64,000 bases of DNA, taken from Cetorhinus maximus (taxonomy: Eukaryota). Each line of letters begins with the position of its first letter. The stretch's first letter is position 1. A program made the position numbers and the translations under genes. Positions 1 to 12,051 of the stretch are shown here, piece after piece. The notes under the pieces were generated by a model, which was not told the DNA's origin, searched no databases, and saw nothing but the letters and a program-made list of their open reading frames with translations. The stretch covers positions 55,428,001 through 55,492,000 of the forward strand of contig NC_135884.1 of NCBI RefSeq assembly GCF_964194155.1, read 5' to 3'.

Positions 1-553
1 GCTCAACGCAAACTGGAGGAACAGCACCTCATCTTCCAACTAGGCACTCTACAGCCTTCCGGACTTAACATTGAGTTCAACAACCTCAGATCATGAACTC
101 TCTCCTCCATCCCCACCCCCTTTCCGATCCCCCTTTTTCCAATAATTTATATTTTTAAAATACATTTTTCTTTTCCCACCTATTTTAAAATTTATTTATA
201 TCTATTGTTTTTTCTCCACCTTTTAGCCTATTTCGATCCCTTCCCCCCACCCCACCTCCACTAGGGCCATCTGCCACTTGTTTGTCCTGTTTTCTACACT
301 TAATGTCACCATTAGCACATTCCTCAGATAATATCACCACAGTCAACACCCCTTTGTCCTTTTGTCTATGACATCTTTGGCAATCTCTTCTTTGCCTCCA
401 CCTATCACTGGCCCTCTATCCAGCTCTACCTGCCCCACCCCCCTCGACCAGCTTATATTTCACCACATTTCTATATTTCTTTAGTTCTGATGAAGAGTCA
501 TTTGGACTCGAAACGTTAACTGTGATCCTCTCTGCACATGCTGTCAGACCTGC
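1..553 (+). mobile_element. 3' end of a Penelope-like retroelement (GIY-YIG C-terminus plus 3' UTR/terminal repeat)
   Basis: 1-96 translates AQRKLEEQHLIFQLGTLQPSGLNIEFNNLRS*, nearly identical to the end of the GIY-YIG ORF at 61678-62007. It is followed by the same pyrimidine-rich UTR and hammerhead motif. Confidence 0.9.
482..522 (+). ncRNA. Minimal type-I hammerhead ribozyme motif (PLE-associated), core intact
   Basis: TAGTT-CTGATGA-A-GAGTC(atttg)GACTC-GAAAC-GTT-AACTG. It has the CUGAUGA and GAAA boxes, a 5-bp stem II, a palindromic ACGT stem III and stem I TAGTT/AACTG. Predicted cleavage is after GUU (517). Confidence 0.8.
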
Positions 554-559
554 ATTTTT

Positions 560-1205
560 TAAATAGACCATTCAAAAGAGCAGGTGAACTATTACACTAA
601 CCAGGTGAAGCTCAGAAACAATGTGTTTACTTTTTTCAAAGCTTACTAGTAAAGTGGTTACTATGAAAGGGCTTTATTGTTAGCAGATTTAAAGTTTTTA
701 AAAAAACTTAGTGACAATGAGAATTTGCATTCAAAGAGGAAAATATGTATAAAGGAAAAGAAGGCTGTTGGTAAAAGGAGGAGGGGTTCTAAGATCTTAA
801 GCCTCCATCCTGTAAACCTCAAGTCTGCCTGCAAGGACCCAGAGCTGTAAGTTCTCATTTGAATGTGACTGTCCATGGTGTGCTTTGCCAGGGGTCTGTT
901 TAAATCTATGTGTTTTACTGTTGCCTTAACGGGGGTGTAACTGAGAGTCAGATTAATTAGGGATTTTTGTAGTCATTATAGCAGTAATTTTGTAGACATA
1001 TGTATGTGCTTACAATCTTGTATTAATAAATGTTTAATTTAGTTTTATTAAAAAAAACCTCTTCAGACTCGGTGGTCTCATTAGTACTGAATTCAAAGCC
1101 TGCAACTCAAAACATACAAATTGCAAAAATGGGTTATGACAGTTGTTTCAAGTTTCCCTCTGCGATTTGAACAACTCAGCCTTTACCGTCGGCTGTGTCA
1201 TAATA
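560..1205 (+). mobile_element. LTR-like sequence (3' portion)
   Basis: Contains AATAAA near 1025 and ends ...GTCATAATA, close to the TCATAACA LTR ends elsewhere. Its last ~100 nt align by eye with 63050-63127. Confidence 0.55.
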
Positions 1206-1233
1206 GGGTCCATGTCTCAGCTTCAATTTTAAA

Positions 1234-1520
1234 ACAAAAAGAAAGTGGACATCTCATTTATCCTGTCTATTACAGTAAACAACATTACAGGACATGGGCA
1301 AAGCTGCCTTCTCTTCTTCGAAAAGTGCTTTAAGGTCTTTTATGACTGCCTGATACGGGGCTCTGTTTAAAATCTCATCTGAAAGTTGGCACCTTGAACA
1401 GCACAGTGCTTACTCAGGACTCCATTGGAGTCAGCTGAGATAATATACTCATGCCCTTTGGTTGAGCTTAAACCTGCAGCCTTCCTTTACCTTAAAGATA
1501 AAAATGCTATGCCAAGCTGC
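1234..1520 (-). mobile_element. Decayed tRNA-derived SINE with Deu-domain-like body (SacSINE1/AmnSINE-type)
   Basis: GGCTCTGTTTAAAATCTCATCTGAAAGTTGGCACC...CAGCACAGTGC...GGAGTCAGC resembles the Deu core as I recall it, followed by a reverse B-box-like motif (CTTAAACC). Confidence 0.55.
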
Positions 1521-3726
1521 CTTGTCTCAGGTTTATAGGATGATATCACTGATCAACAGGAGCTCCATGCATCTCAAAGAGTCTTCATTAATTGAGCTGG
1601 GCAACGTGCCTGCAGACTAGCCTGAGAGTGAGTCAGACATGTCATTTCAAAATGACCTACTGGCTGCTTATGCATTGTGCCCAGCCAAGTTCATGTTGCA
1701 CCAGATTTCGGCAGCTCTAAATTTGGAGTCAGTGACAATTTAAAAAAGAACTAAGGTGAAGAGAAAATATTTGATGCAGGGAGTCACCAAAGGAAATAGT
1801 TTAGGCAGCCACATTTGTGCCTTACAAGGGAAGATTTTATGAATATTTGAATCATAAGTAGGTAAAAGGCCCAGGGAGAGAAATTCATTCATTCTAATGC
1901 TAGTTTTAGATTGCTCCAGCAAAGAACCGGCAAGGACACAATGGACCCCCTCTGTGCTGCTAGGGCTTGACATTGTAGAAATAGGAACAAATCAATATAC
2001 AGGTCAATGGTCTCACAGATTTTCAAAGATTTTATAAAAGTTTCCTTAACATTTTACCTTGGTACAAAAAATGCAGGAAATATATATTTTCATCTCCTAC
2101 TTAAATGAAAGCTCAAAACCAGAGAATTTGTAGGTATTCTGTAGCCCCTAAACTATTTCCTGTTTTAAATTTCCAATTCAGCTAATAAAGGGCATATCAT
2201 TTAGTCCAATTAGCTACACAGTCCCCTGTTTAAAGCAACATCTGCTACCTGAATCTTATTGCATTTAAATGATAAATTTTGCCTCAGTGTAACAAAGTTT
2301 CAGCTTTGAAACAGTGTTAAACACGTGAAATGTAAATTCAAGTCACAAATAACTCTGAACGGAAGAGAGCGATATTAGCTTTGCCAGGGAGTCTTCTATT
2401 TCTCCAATCCAGTGTTGGGCCAGATCCTAACTGTGGATTCTGTTTACACTGCACATCTGCAGCATTTGTACCATCTAATCAGCTCATGCAGACACTGCAG
2501 TTATGAGTGAACACATCACAAGAGCCTGGAAAAATAAGGACTTCTAATAATTCTCCAAGACAGCAAATGATTTTTGAAAACACCAATTATATTGCACAAG
2601 ACTTGTAGAAAATATTTGCAAGTTGTCCTCAGAAAATCTCATTATTTACTCATATTCGCCAGAAGTTATTCATGAAAGAAAACGGTAGTGTAGATAATCT
2701 ACAAAGTGCTGAACATCAATGATCTGCAAAAAAAAGTGGCTTTGCTGTCATGACTGTCACCTTAAAACGGAGAAGGGATTTGATTGTAATGTAAACTTAA
2801 CTATCACAAGTTGCACTTGACTCAACTTACAGGATTAATTATGCCCTCTTCTAACAACTCCAAAGCAAGTGTTCTTATTCCCATTCAAGGTCAGAAGATG
2901 AACTAGCCAGAAACATGAATCTTGCACCATTTATTGATTCCTTTACTAGAGTTGCCAACCATTGCTATCAAAGCCTTTTCTCCTTGATAAGCACATCATG
3001 AACCACATCAGAAACACAAATCAACTATAAATATTAATGATTTATACTTCCTTCAACACTGCCTTCTGCAATTTAGAAAACAATTTCTGCCGTTGCATTT
3101 GTACGAAACATTAGAGAATACTGAGCACTCTAAATAATTATAAAGAGAAATAGAATAGACAGAGGATGATTTTGAGGCTTAAGGTTGGAAATATTTGCCA
3201 CAAAGTTTAGTTGCGTCATGCCCACATTTCCAGAACTATGGCTGCAGTTTTGGCTCCAAAATATTGTCCACACTGCACGCACACTTCTGGTGTGGACCAT
3301 GTCAGACACTATTTTGGTTCTGTTGCTCACACAGGTGCTATGACTGTGGTGGAAGTTCAGAGAGTAGGTAGATTGTGATGCCAGTCAGCTTGCACTGCTG
3401 ATTTGTCTCTAGCAGTGCCATTTTCCACCTGAATGCTCCTGCAAACACCCTCTCAAAAATCCTCTGGAACATGAACATGTGTTCAGCAGCAGGAAGGACA
3501 GGTTTGCCACTATTTAAAGGGATCATCAATTACTTTCAGGTTAGTTGCTGATTGATTTCCACTGGCTGTTGCTCAGTTATTAAAAATGCTTGTACATTTG
3601 CACTGTTAGTTGAAGTTGCTAAAGTCTACATGGAGTGGCGAAAGTGTTGATCATCACTTCAAGGATTCCACTCACACCAATTTGTCCTAGTGAAGGGTGG
3701 TGTAGTTTCCCTTAAATGCTGTAGTC

Positions 3727-5002
3727 CAGGTTTCTCCATGCAGGGGGGCCACATTTCAAAATTTTCTCATTCAAGGGGCTGATGATCAAATTTCGGAACG
3801 ATGAAGATTGACAAAATATTAATCACGAATTTCAAAAAATTGTTGAGGTATGAAAAGAAATAAATTGCTGAGGAAAGAAACAATGAGTAATAAATCTCGA
3901 TGAGTATTAGTGTGTCATAGGGTGAGAGTGTGTGTGTCTGGCTCATTCCCAGTTTCAGGGTGCTCACTCATTCACCCTCACCAACTGTGAGAGTGGATGA
4001 GAGTGCATGATGGTGTGTGCGGGTGAGGGTGAATGAGAACCCTGATACTCGGAGTGATCCAGACTAATGGGCACACACTGCCCCCGCACAGATACTCCCC
4101 TCTCGCACTCTTGTTCCCTCCCTTCCTCGCACTCGCTCTCTCCCCTCCTTGCACTCGCTCCCTATCCCCCTCATGCACTCACTCACTATTCCCCGCACTC
4201 TCGCCCTCTCCCTCGCACTCTCTCCCTATCCCCCTCTCTCTCCTTATCCGTCCCTGCACTCTCTCATTATCTCCCTCACACTTTCTCCCCATGCCCCCTG
4301 CACTCTCTCTCCCCCTCTCACCTCTCCCTCTCCCAACATGCTCACCCCCAACTTCCCTCATCTTTCACATTCCCTCTCACCCTCACACTCACTCTCGCCC
4401 TCACACTCACTCTTTCTCTCAGTCTCCAGTCAGTCACAGTGGGCCCTGCTCTGGCTGCCTCAAGCCCCCTCTGGTCCACCCAGGACCCCTCTCTGGCCCC
4501 TCCGCTCCGTGGGTCTCTCCCTCTAGGCCCAGCTCCTCAGCTTCCCTAGCCCTCGAAACCCTGTCCCTCCCCAGCTGGCTCCCTACTCACTGGCTCCCCG
4601 CTCCTAGGTTCCCCACAACTCAGCTCCTCAGCTGCCTGGCCCTTGCTGTCCCGCTCCTTGGCTCCCTACTTCATGGCACCTAGGCTGTCCAGACCTCGCC
4701 TTCCCGCTCCTCGGCTACCCGGACCTCGCCTTCCCACTCCACGGTTTCCCCAGGCTCCAAACTCACAACTGATGGTGTTCACTGCTCCTCCAGTCACAGA
4801 TTGTTTCTTTCCCACATTTACTGCTGATAGGTTCACTAGTGAGCCTCTCAGCAGCAAAGGCGGGAGAGAAATGGCCTGTGATTGGAAGAGCAGCTCCTTG
4901 CAGAAACTTCCATTCAAACTTACTTGTTTGACAGGCATGTTGAAAACTGGCTCTGGGAGCAACAATTAGGGGCTTAGTGGGCCCTATGTTTTGACCCGCC
5001 TG
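3727..5002. mobile_element. Non-autonomous hAT (Charlie/Buster-like) DNA transposon with CT-rich low-complexity interior
   Basis: Termini CAGGTTTCTCCA...TTGACCCGCCTG. The 8-bp TSD is CTGTAGTC (3719-3726) / CTGTAGGC (5003-5010), a 7/8 match. The interior ~4070-4760 is a degenerate CT/CAC repeat that explains the Pro/Leu/Ser-rich ORFs. Confidence 0.7.
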
Positions 5003-5009
5003 CTGTAGG

Positions 5010-6830
5010 CTAAGGGGAAAGTGAGCAGAAGCAACGCAAGACGATGACAAGCTGCTCGACGAGTAAGGAGGGTAAGGGGGAGAAGGGCTTTCAGTAGAAG
5101 ATCAAATCAATCCAGGGTCTACATGAAGGAATTGTCCTTCCTCAAACTAAGATAGAAACAGTGTGCATGAAATTTCTTCTTCATTAAGGGGGTTCCCAAT
5201 CAAACCTGCTACCTGCAAGCAGATCAGCGGTCCCTGAGCAGGGCGAGGGTGGCTGTGAAGGTAACTGTGGCCATGTATTCTGCATGTCTGGAACCTTCCA
5301 GGCTAAAGCCGGCACCATCTCCAACATCCGACAGTTTGTTGTCCACTGTTGTATAAAGGTGGTCTGTGTGCAAAGGGAAGATAATACATTGCCTTCTCTT
5401 CTTCTGGAGAAAAGCAGGTGGAGTGTGCACCTGGCTTCATCAGGATAGCTGACTTTTCTATGGTGCAGGGAGCCATTGGCTGGACACGGGTTGCTTTGTG
5501 GTTGCCACATATAAATTCAGAGAGATTTTGTTATGGTCCCCATGAGAGTGCCGTAAATCAAATTAACCAAATTTACTAAAGCACCGTGAAATAAATAAAG
5601 AATTACCAACAATATTCCACTTTTTATAGCTTTTAATTTAACACAATTCAGAACTAACACAAATTAAACATGAATTAACAGTCAAATGATTCTTCAAATT
5701 AAAAGTTAAATTTCACTTTAAACGATTGATACAACAAAGATACGTTTTACCCAAGCACAAATATTCCCCTTCAGCCTCTATGGCATTACACAGCTACACG
5801 GTTCCACAAGATGTTGTTCTTTATTCACGCGAGGTAAGTCAGGAGCCTTATCCGACAACAGCTTTCACCTCTGGTTTCATGGGTACGCACACTACAATGA
5901 ACCCTCCCTCCCTCGGGTCACGACAGTCCTGGTGGTGTAACTTGCCAGAGTTCCTTTACAACCAACCAACCAATAACACTTTGTTTCACAGTTCGACCAT
6001 TTCTGGGAAAACACCCAACTCTTTAGTGTCTGAGTTATTCACAAAGCTTTCTAAGTTTTAGACCTCTTTAGTCAATTTGCACAATGCCTCTGAGAGCTCC
6101 TGTTTCAATTTCTACCAAACCGAAGACCTGACCGCTTCCTGAGAGAGATTTACTTCTTCTCATCACAAGAATTAGGTGTGGTCCTCTTTCTACCTCTGTC
6201 TACTTTCACTTTGTGTCTGCATCTGTGCCTTCACACTTCAGCAGCTCTGCTTGCAACTGTCCTTTGTGTCTGTAACTTTCCTTTGTGTCTGCCAGAAGCA
6301 CGGCTTCCTATTAAACTTATTTCCTGTTGGTACTGTTTCCAGGTCCAGGGTCACCAAGTGACATGGACCAGTATATTTTACTATCAAAGAAAATTACAAT
6401 TGATCCCTTTACAATGGACACAAGCTCTTAAAAGTCCTTTTCAAACATTATTTAAAACAATTACAGATTCCATAGACCTTTTTAAGAAATTACAAATTTT
6501 CCTTACTGTACTGCTTGTCACAGTGTCACAAATGTCTCCACTCCCTCAATGTGTGGCTGGTGTGCGATGATACACAGTGCATCATGCAGGTTAATGCTCA
6601 ATATCCTGGCAGCTGTCATCATGGTTTTATTCAGCGCCAGTCCATTGTCCTATCAGAATTTCAGCCATTGGAGACCAGAGGATGGCTATTGGATGACAAG
6701 AGCCATCCATTGACCACCTGGCTCATGACTCAAGAGCGGATCCCACACAGTCATGGGCAGCATACACATAACAAGAGCCATGTCAGTATATGAAATTTCA
6801 TCCACTGTCTAGACCATGCTGAAGAAACTC
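5010..6830 (+). pseudogene. HARBI1-like PIF/Harbinger transposase relic, split by an LTR
   Basis: Fragments SGTFQAKAGTISNI and RIADFSMVQGAIGWTRVAL lie before 5529. HSLNVWLVCDDTQCIMQVNAQYPGSCHHGFI...GWLLDDKSHPLTTWLMT follows after 6522. These are decayed DDE motifs. Confidence 0.8.
5529..6522. mobile_element. Solo LTR inserted in the Harbinger transposase
   Basis: TGTTATG...TTGTCACA termini; ~1 kb non-coding; the transposase reading frame resumes directly after it. No clear TSD. Confidence 0.65.
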
Positions 6831-7077
6831 TGGCACAGGGAGGGCTCTGTACCACTGGACTGGGCTCCACCAGAACTGGGCCGGAACCAGGGTCCTGGTG
6901 GAAAGGATAAAGAGGACAGTCTTAAGAACTTTAATCTTGTAAATGGTGAAAGGTGGGGTGAAGGGCTCAGATCAAAAAGCTACTCTAATGAATAGTTCAA
7001 AAACAAACAGGAGGGGAGAGTAACAGTCAGAAATGGCGCTTTAGGTCCTATAGGAAAAGACAAAACCTAAAGGTATA

Positions 7078-7457
7078 GGGCAGGATTATTCCCTCGTCAG
7101 GTGGGCACGGCGGGCGGGCCTGGGAGCGGCCAGGAAATGGTCCACCGCATGTGATCAGCCCCGACCGCGGTTTCACGCTGGCTGACCAACTAATGGCCAG
7201 CCGGCATGACAGGCATGCTGAGAAGCAATCAGGAAGATCCCAATGGTAGTGACATCTCTCTTCCAATTGGCCCAATCATGGGCCTCATTGGCTGACTGTT
7301 ACTGTTAGTCAGTTGGCCACTGCTGTGCTCACACCATCTCTGGCAAGATTGCTTAGCAACAGAACATTTCAGCTAGCCAATCTGACTCACAATTTTCCAA
7401 TTTTGCTCACAGTCCCATCTCGCACCCCTCCTCTTCAGGACCAGGAAAGTTCAGCCC
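7078..7457. mobile_element. Harbinger-type MITE
   Basis: Imperfect TIRs GGGCAGGATTATTCC / GGAAAGTTCAGCCC with a GC-rich interior like 10643-11344. Confidence 0.55.
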
Positions 7458-7499
7458 AGAGAGTGGCAAACAGATGCAGATATTTAGCTTAGGACTAAC

Positions 7500-9910
7500 A
7501 GATAAACTTGTTTACATGGGGTCATTTGGACTGGATTGCACCAAAGATTGGCACTAAGGCCTTTCCTCTTCCTGATTGTCATGGATGTTCTAACTGAACA
7601 AGTGAGGCAGGAAGTGCCTTGGTCAATAATGTTTGCAGATGACTTTGGACCATATGGTGGGGATGATGTGAGCATGACTGAGGATCCAGAGGACTGGAGA
7701 AAAGAACTGGAAGACAAGGGTATGAAAATCAGTAGAACAGAGACCCAATGCATGGATTGTCAGTTTGAGTCTTGGGAAGAGGATCAGAGTGAAGGGGCCA
7801 CATTTTTGTCAGAGTTCGGGGGCATGTTTCAGTGTGCAAATGGCCACAATTAGATTGTTGTTTTTGGAGGAAATTTAATTTTCCTCCACATTCTCGACCA
7901 CACGCCATTTTTCTCTGACCTTTTTTATGCGTCAGGAACGGAAGGAGTTTAAATGCACATCTGTCCGCACTGAGGATGGGTTCCTCATTTCAAATGGGAG
8001 ACCTCCTGCACACTGTGTTCATCTGGGGTAGACCAGGGTGCTGGAAGCCCATTAAAAGCAGGTCAGGTTTGAGAGTACATGAAGAAAATGGAAAGCATCC
8101 TGAGGAATCTGGAACATTTTGAAAGGTATGTGAAAAGTGTTTTCACACCTTCAAATGTCACTATTAGGTTATTTATTGTAATGTATATGTGTTTTTAATG
8201 TAGTGATTCATCATAGGGATCTGTCCTTTAAAGGTAAGTTGATCATTACATTAGCCAATCTTGTGTATTTGTTCTCAGGTATTACAGTGCTTTCCAATGG
8301 AAAAAGCACCATAATATAGTTAAATGTTACAAAATATCCTGTCAATCTGTGATGTCATCTTTTCTACTGTGATTTAAATGATTGGCCATTAAAAGCAAAG
8401 CCTGCTTTTGACACTTGAAAAAAATCTAACCATCTGCTTCCTTACATAACTTGAAAGACATGCTGTTTTGAAATTGAAATGAGCACACGTTCTTTCCTCC
8501 CAGAAAACAACCCATTGTTTGGACATCAGTGGACATTCTGAATGCTGGGCTGAGTTTCAAGTGCTAATGCACTGCAGCACAGTAGGTGGACCATTCATCA
8601 GTGAGTGAATGATGGCTTCACGGAGCTGTAACAATAGATTGTGCCTTTAATGTGGATTTTGCTCTGCTGACACAAGCTATTGGATTACAAGTATTACAAA
8701 AGTTTTTCACATGCCAGAGTGCATTTTTTCTTTTAGTATCAATGATAAGGAAGCTTTTAGTAGATGGTGGAAGATTCATTTTTGCCCAAGGAATGAAAAA
8801 TAAGTCCCATTGATATTCCATAGAATCTGAGGGCAGTAGTGTGCTCATTGATAAGTGGCTATGGAGGATACGTGGAGGGCATAGGTGACATCAGGGGGAA
8901 TGGAGAATACATGAGGCATAGAGGTGGCATGGGTGATCTGAAGTGTCTTGGGCTGGCGTGGGGGTTGGTAGGGGGTGAGGTTTAGGGGACCATAAACACT
9001 GTCGGAGCTGGGATATTGTGCTGGAGAACCAAGGTGGGCCTTCTAACCAGCTCATCTCCACTCCTATACTCCTCTGCACAGGTTTGCAGCTCATAAACTG
9101 TACTGCGAACCCAAACCTGATCCCCGTGTGAAAAGATAAAAATAGCATGTGAAGTCATACATTGGGAAGGGGTACAGTTTGCGAGCCACAAAATTGCTCA
9201 GGTTGGGTTTTCCCAAACCCAGAGAAGGATTTGACACAAGGTGTAAAGATTATGAGCGAAAACTTGAAAAAAGTGAATAGTTTCAAGTACCTGAGGTCAG
9301 TGGTGGTAGAAGATGGAAGTATGGAAATGGAAATTAAGCAATAGATTAGCTCTGGTCGCAGTATTTGAAGAAGTGCAATGAAGTGTTATGTGATAGAAAA
9401 GTATCGCTGGAACTGAAAGGAAGAATCTTTAAGAGAGTTGTGAGGCCAGCCTTGTTATATAGTGCGGAAACCTGGGCAAATTTTTAAAAAGAGCAACAAT
9501 GATTGGATACTAATGAGCTGCAGATGCTGAGATGGATGTGTGGAGCGATGAGAAAGGACAAGATCAGGAACCAGTAAATCAGGGGTCTGTGAAGGTTGTG
9601 GGAGCATCGACAAAAGTAGCTAAAAAGAGACTGAATTGGTGTGGTGGGTCACCTTTTGCGGAGAGAGAGGAAATGTAATGAAGTGAGTGATGGACATGAG
9701 ACTGCCAGGAAGAAGAGGAAGACCTAAGACCAGATGGAAAGATGCGGTGGTGAGAGACTTAATTGCATTGGGGTTGGAAGAGTAATAGGTAGCTGATAGG
9801 AGGAGATGGAGAAGGGTAATCAACCAGAATTGTGGCAATCACAAGTAACTTCGGAAAAAGAAGAGGAGGAAAGGGAGAAAGAAGATGAAGAGGAAGAAGA
9901 AAAAGTAGAA
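7500..9910 (+). mobile_element. 5'-truncated RTE-clade LINE, interrupted by a ~1.4 kb insertion (~7793-9225)
   Basis: GLHQRLALRPFLFLIVMDVLTEQVRQEVPWSIMFADD (RT) at 7533-7790 resumes as LKKVNSFKYLRSVV...VVRPALLYSAETW at 9240-9600. It ends in a (GAA)-rich tail at ~9855-9910. Confidence 0.8.
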
Positions 9911-10642
9911 GAAATTGTTCACATAGGATCATTAGACTGAAGCACATATGAATTTGCAAATAATTCTCTGTAACTCCTAATCTCTCTCTGATGGATCTTT
10001 GTATCCCAATTGCAGGAGAGCCAGAATTCTAGCTCAAACAAAGCTTGAGACGAGGGCAATACAAGCCAAGAGAAATTTAGACCTGGTCATAAGTCCTTGG
10101 GTGCATGAACAAAAGCAACACTTACATTTAGATAACCTCTTACATGTAGAACATCCCAAAGCAACCTGCAGGGGAAAGATGGAATTAAACACTGGGGCGG
10201 ACTTCCAGACAGGGAAGTGGAAGAAAAGAAACTACAAAATTACAAACAAAACAGATGAATGCTCTGATGGGTGGGAGACTGTAAGGACTTTCTGGATGGG
10301 CCGTCTAAAAATAATTTCTTCATCAGCATTTATTTTGTGACCTTTTAAGAAATCTTCAAGTGTTTACTTCCTCTTTTGAAGGCAATGGCCTATCAAAGTG
10401 TGTCGTTATATGGATGTCAGTAACCTCCAATCATACATTCAAATGCACGCTTCATACCAGAGTCTGAACAAGGATGAAAACTCACTTTCTCGATCTATAT
10501 TGCTCAGCACTAAATTTACTGATGATTAGCAAAACCCTTTACTATAAGAATAAAATTAACCAATGACTGTTTACTTACATTTGTATAAAATGTTGAATTG
10601 CTTTGTTGATTCAAAAATATGTAACTAGGTGAACTCACCAAT

Positions 10643-11344
10643 GGCCAGAATTTTCCTGTCGGCGATTTGGGGATGGGGCCCGCTCGCCGACGGGAAAATG
10701 ATGCGAGATGACGTCGGGAGGAATCCCCAACGTCATCCCGGTCCCTTTAAATTTTCAGGAAGGCGGGCAGACAGCAAAATCAGCTGTCCACCCACCAACC
10801 TGTCAATGGCCAATTGAAGCCATTGACAGGGTAAGTAAAGTATTTAAAGGCCCTGCCTGTCCAACCTTAAGGCTGGCGGGCAAGGCCAGGAGCCCCAGCG
10901 GGCTTCTAATAAAACATGTAACCTCATCCACTGGCGGGATGAGGTTTCATGTTCCTTTTTAAAAACTTTAATAAATGTAATGTGATATTTATTAACATGT
11001 CCCATCTCGTGTGACATTGTCACAAGAGGGGGACATGTTAATAATATTTTTATTTTTCTATTTTTTAAGTTTTGTGCACTGTTACTAATCTCCCTGAGAC
11101 AGCACTTAGTCTCAGGGAGCAGTGCGCTCTTTCGCGCACATGCGTGAAAGAGCGCACTTTGACAGATGAGGATTCCCTTCAGCTCCTGCACAGGAAACTT
11201 CCCATCGGGCTGGCCGCTGGGCGGGCCTTAATTGGCCCACCCACTCAAAATGGCAGTGGGCCCCGTTTCAGCGGTGGGGGTCGGCTGTCCGCCCGCCGCT
11301 GAGCCGGTGGGGCCTGCACGCCCACCAAGGGCAAAATTCTGCCC
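10643..11344. mobile_element. Harbinger-type MITE (CpG-rich, relatively young)
   Basis: TIRs GGCCAGAATTTT / AAAATTCTGCCC, flanked by AAT and TAT (3-bp TSD-like). Confidence 0.75.
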
Positions 11345-12051
11345 TATATGTGGAACAAAGGAGACCTGCAATACTTTTGACAACTCAGAGACAAGGACTA
11401 AGGTCTTGTATGCTTGCATATTTAGATTATACAACAAGCTTTGACAAAATCATCTGCAGAACTACTATGTTGATTTTTAGTATTTCTAGTTTATTTGTGA
11501 ATAGATTCATGAATGCTACCTCTGAAAAGATTTTCTGAATACCAAAATTATACATTCAAATGGAGTTATGTATTTGCAAACCTTTGAGTGCAGACATTAA
11601 CTATGTAAGTAGAAACACAAACATAGAGGATGCTCATTACGTGCTGCTCACAAAACTATAATGACTGGGCAAAATTATACTTTATTCACTCCTGCTGATT
11701 CTACATATCTGATTTGTTATTTTCACAGGTTTCTAACATCTTAAGGCAGACATTTTATTGTGTGCTGTGAGAGCATTTTTTTTCTGAAATATCAATGACA
11801 AACATTTCTTGTTTGAAAGAAAGAACTAAGTGTTCCTTAAAAATCCCCACTGGAGCATCTCTGATGCTGTAATCATAGGCAATACAAGAGCCTGCCAGCT
11901 TCAAGAATAAAAGAAAAATGGAATGAAAATAAAGCTATTTAGACCACCAAGTGAGCATTTTGCATGTGTAAATTACCTTATTGTGGATGCTAGTCCATCA
12001 AATTAATTTTCAGTTGTACAGGCCTCCATAAATTTTGCCAGATTTCCAGAA

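Noticed and set aside
3779-3810. CTGATGA motif (also at ~10520, 23299, 29855, 40067, 61227, 63678)
   Set aside because: None has stem II followed by GAAA and NUH, and several are just codons (ADD/SDD) in TE ORFs. They are not hammerheads.
4033-4969. Long Pro/Leu/Ser-rich ORFs (up to 216 aa) in several frames
   Set aside because: They arise from a stop-poor CT-rich low-complexity tract inside a hAT element, are open in multiple frames and show no domain motifs.
10629-11444. CpG-rich island and overlapping ORFs suggesting a promoter or gene
   Set aside because: Bounded by Harbinger-type TIRs and similar to other MITEs (7078, 47255), so the CpG content reflects a young MITE.
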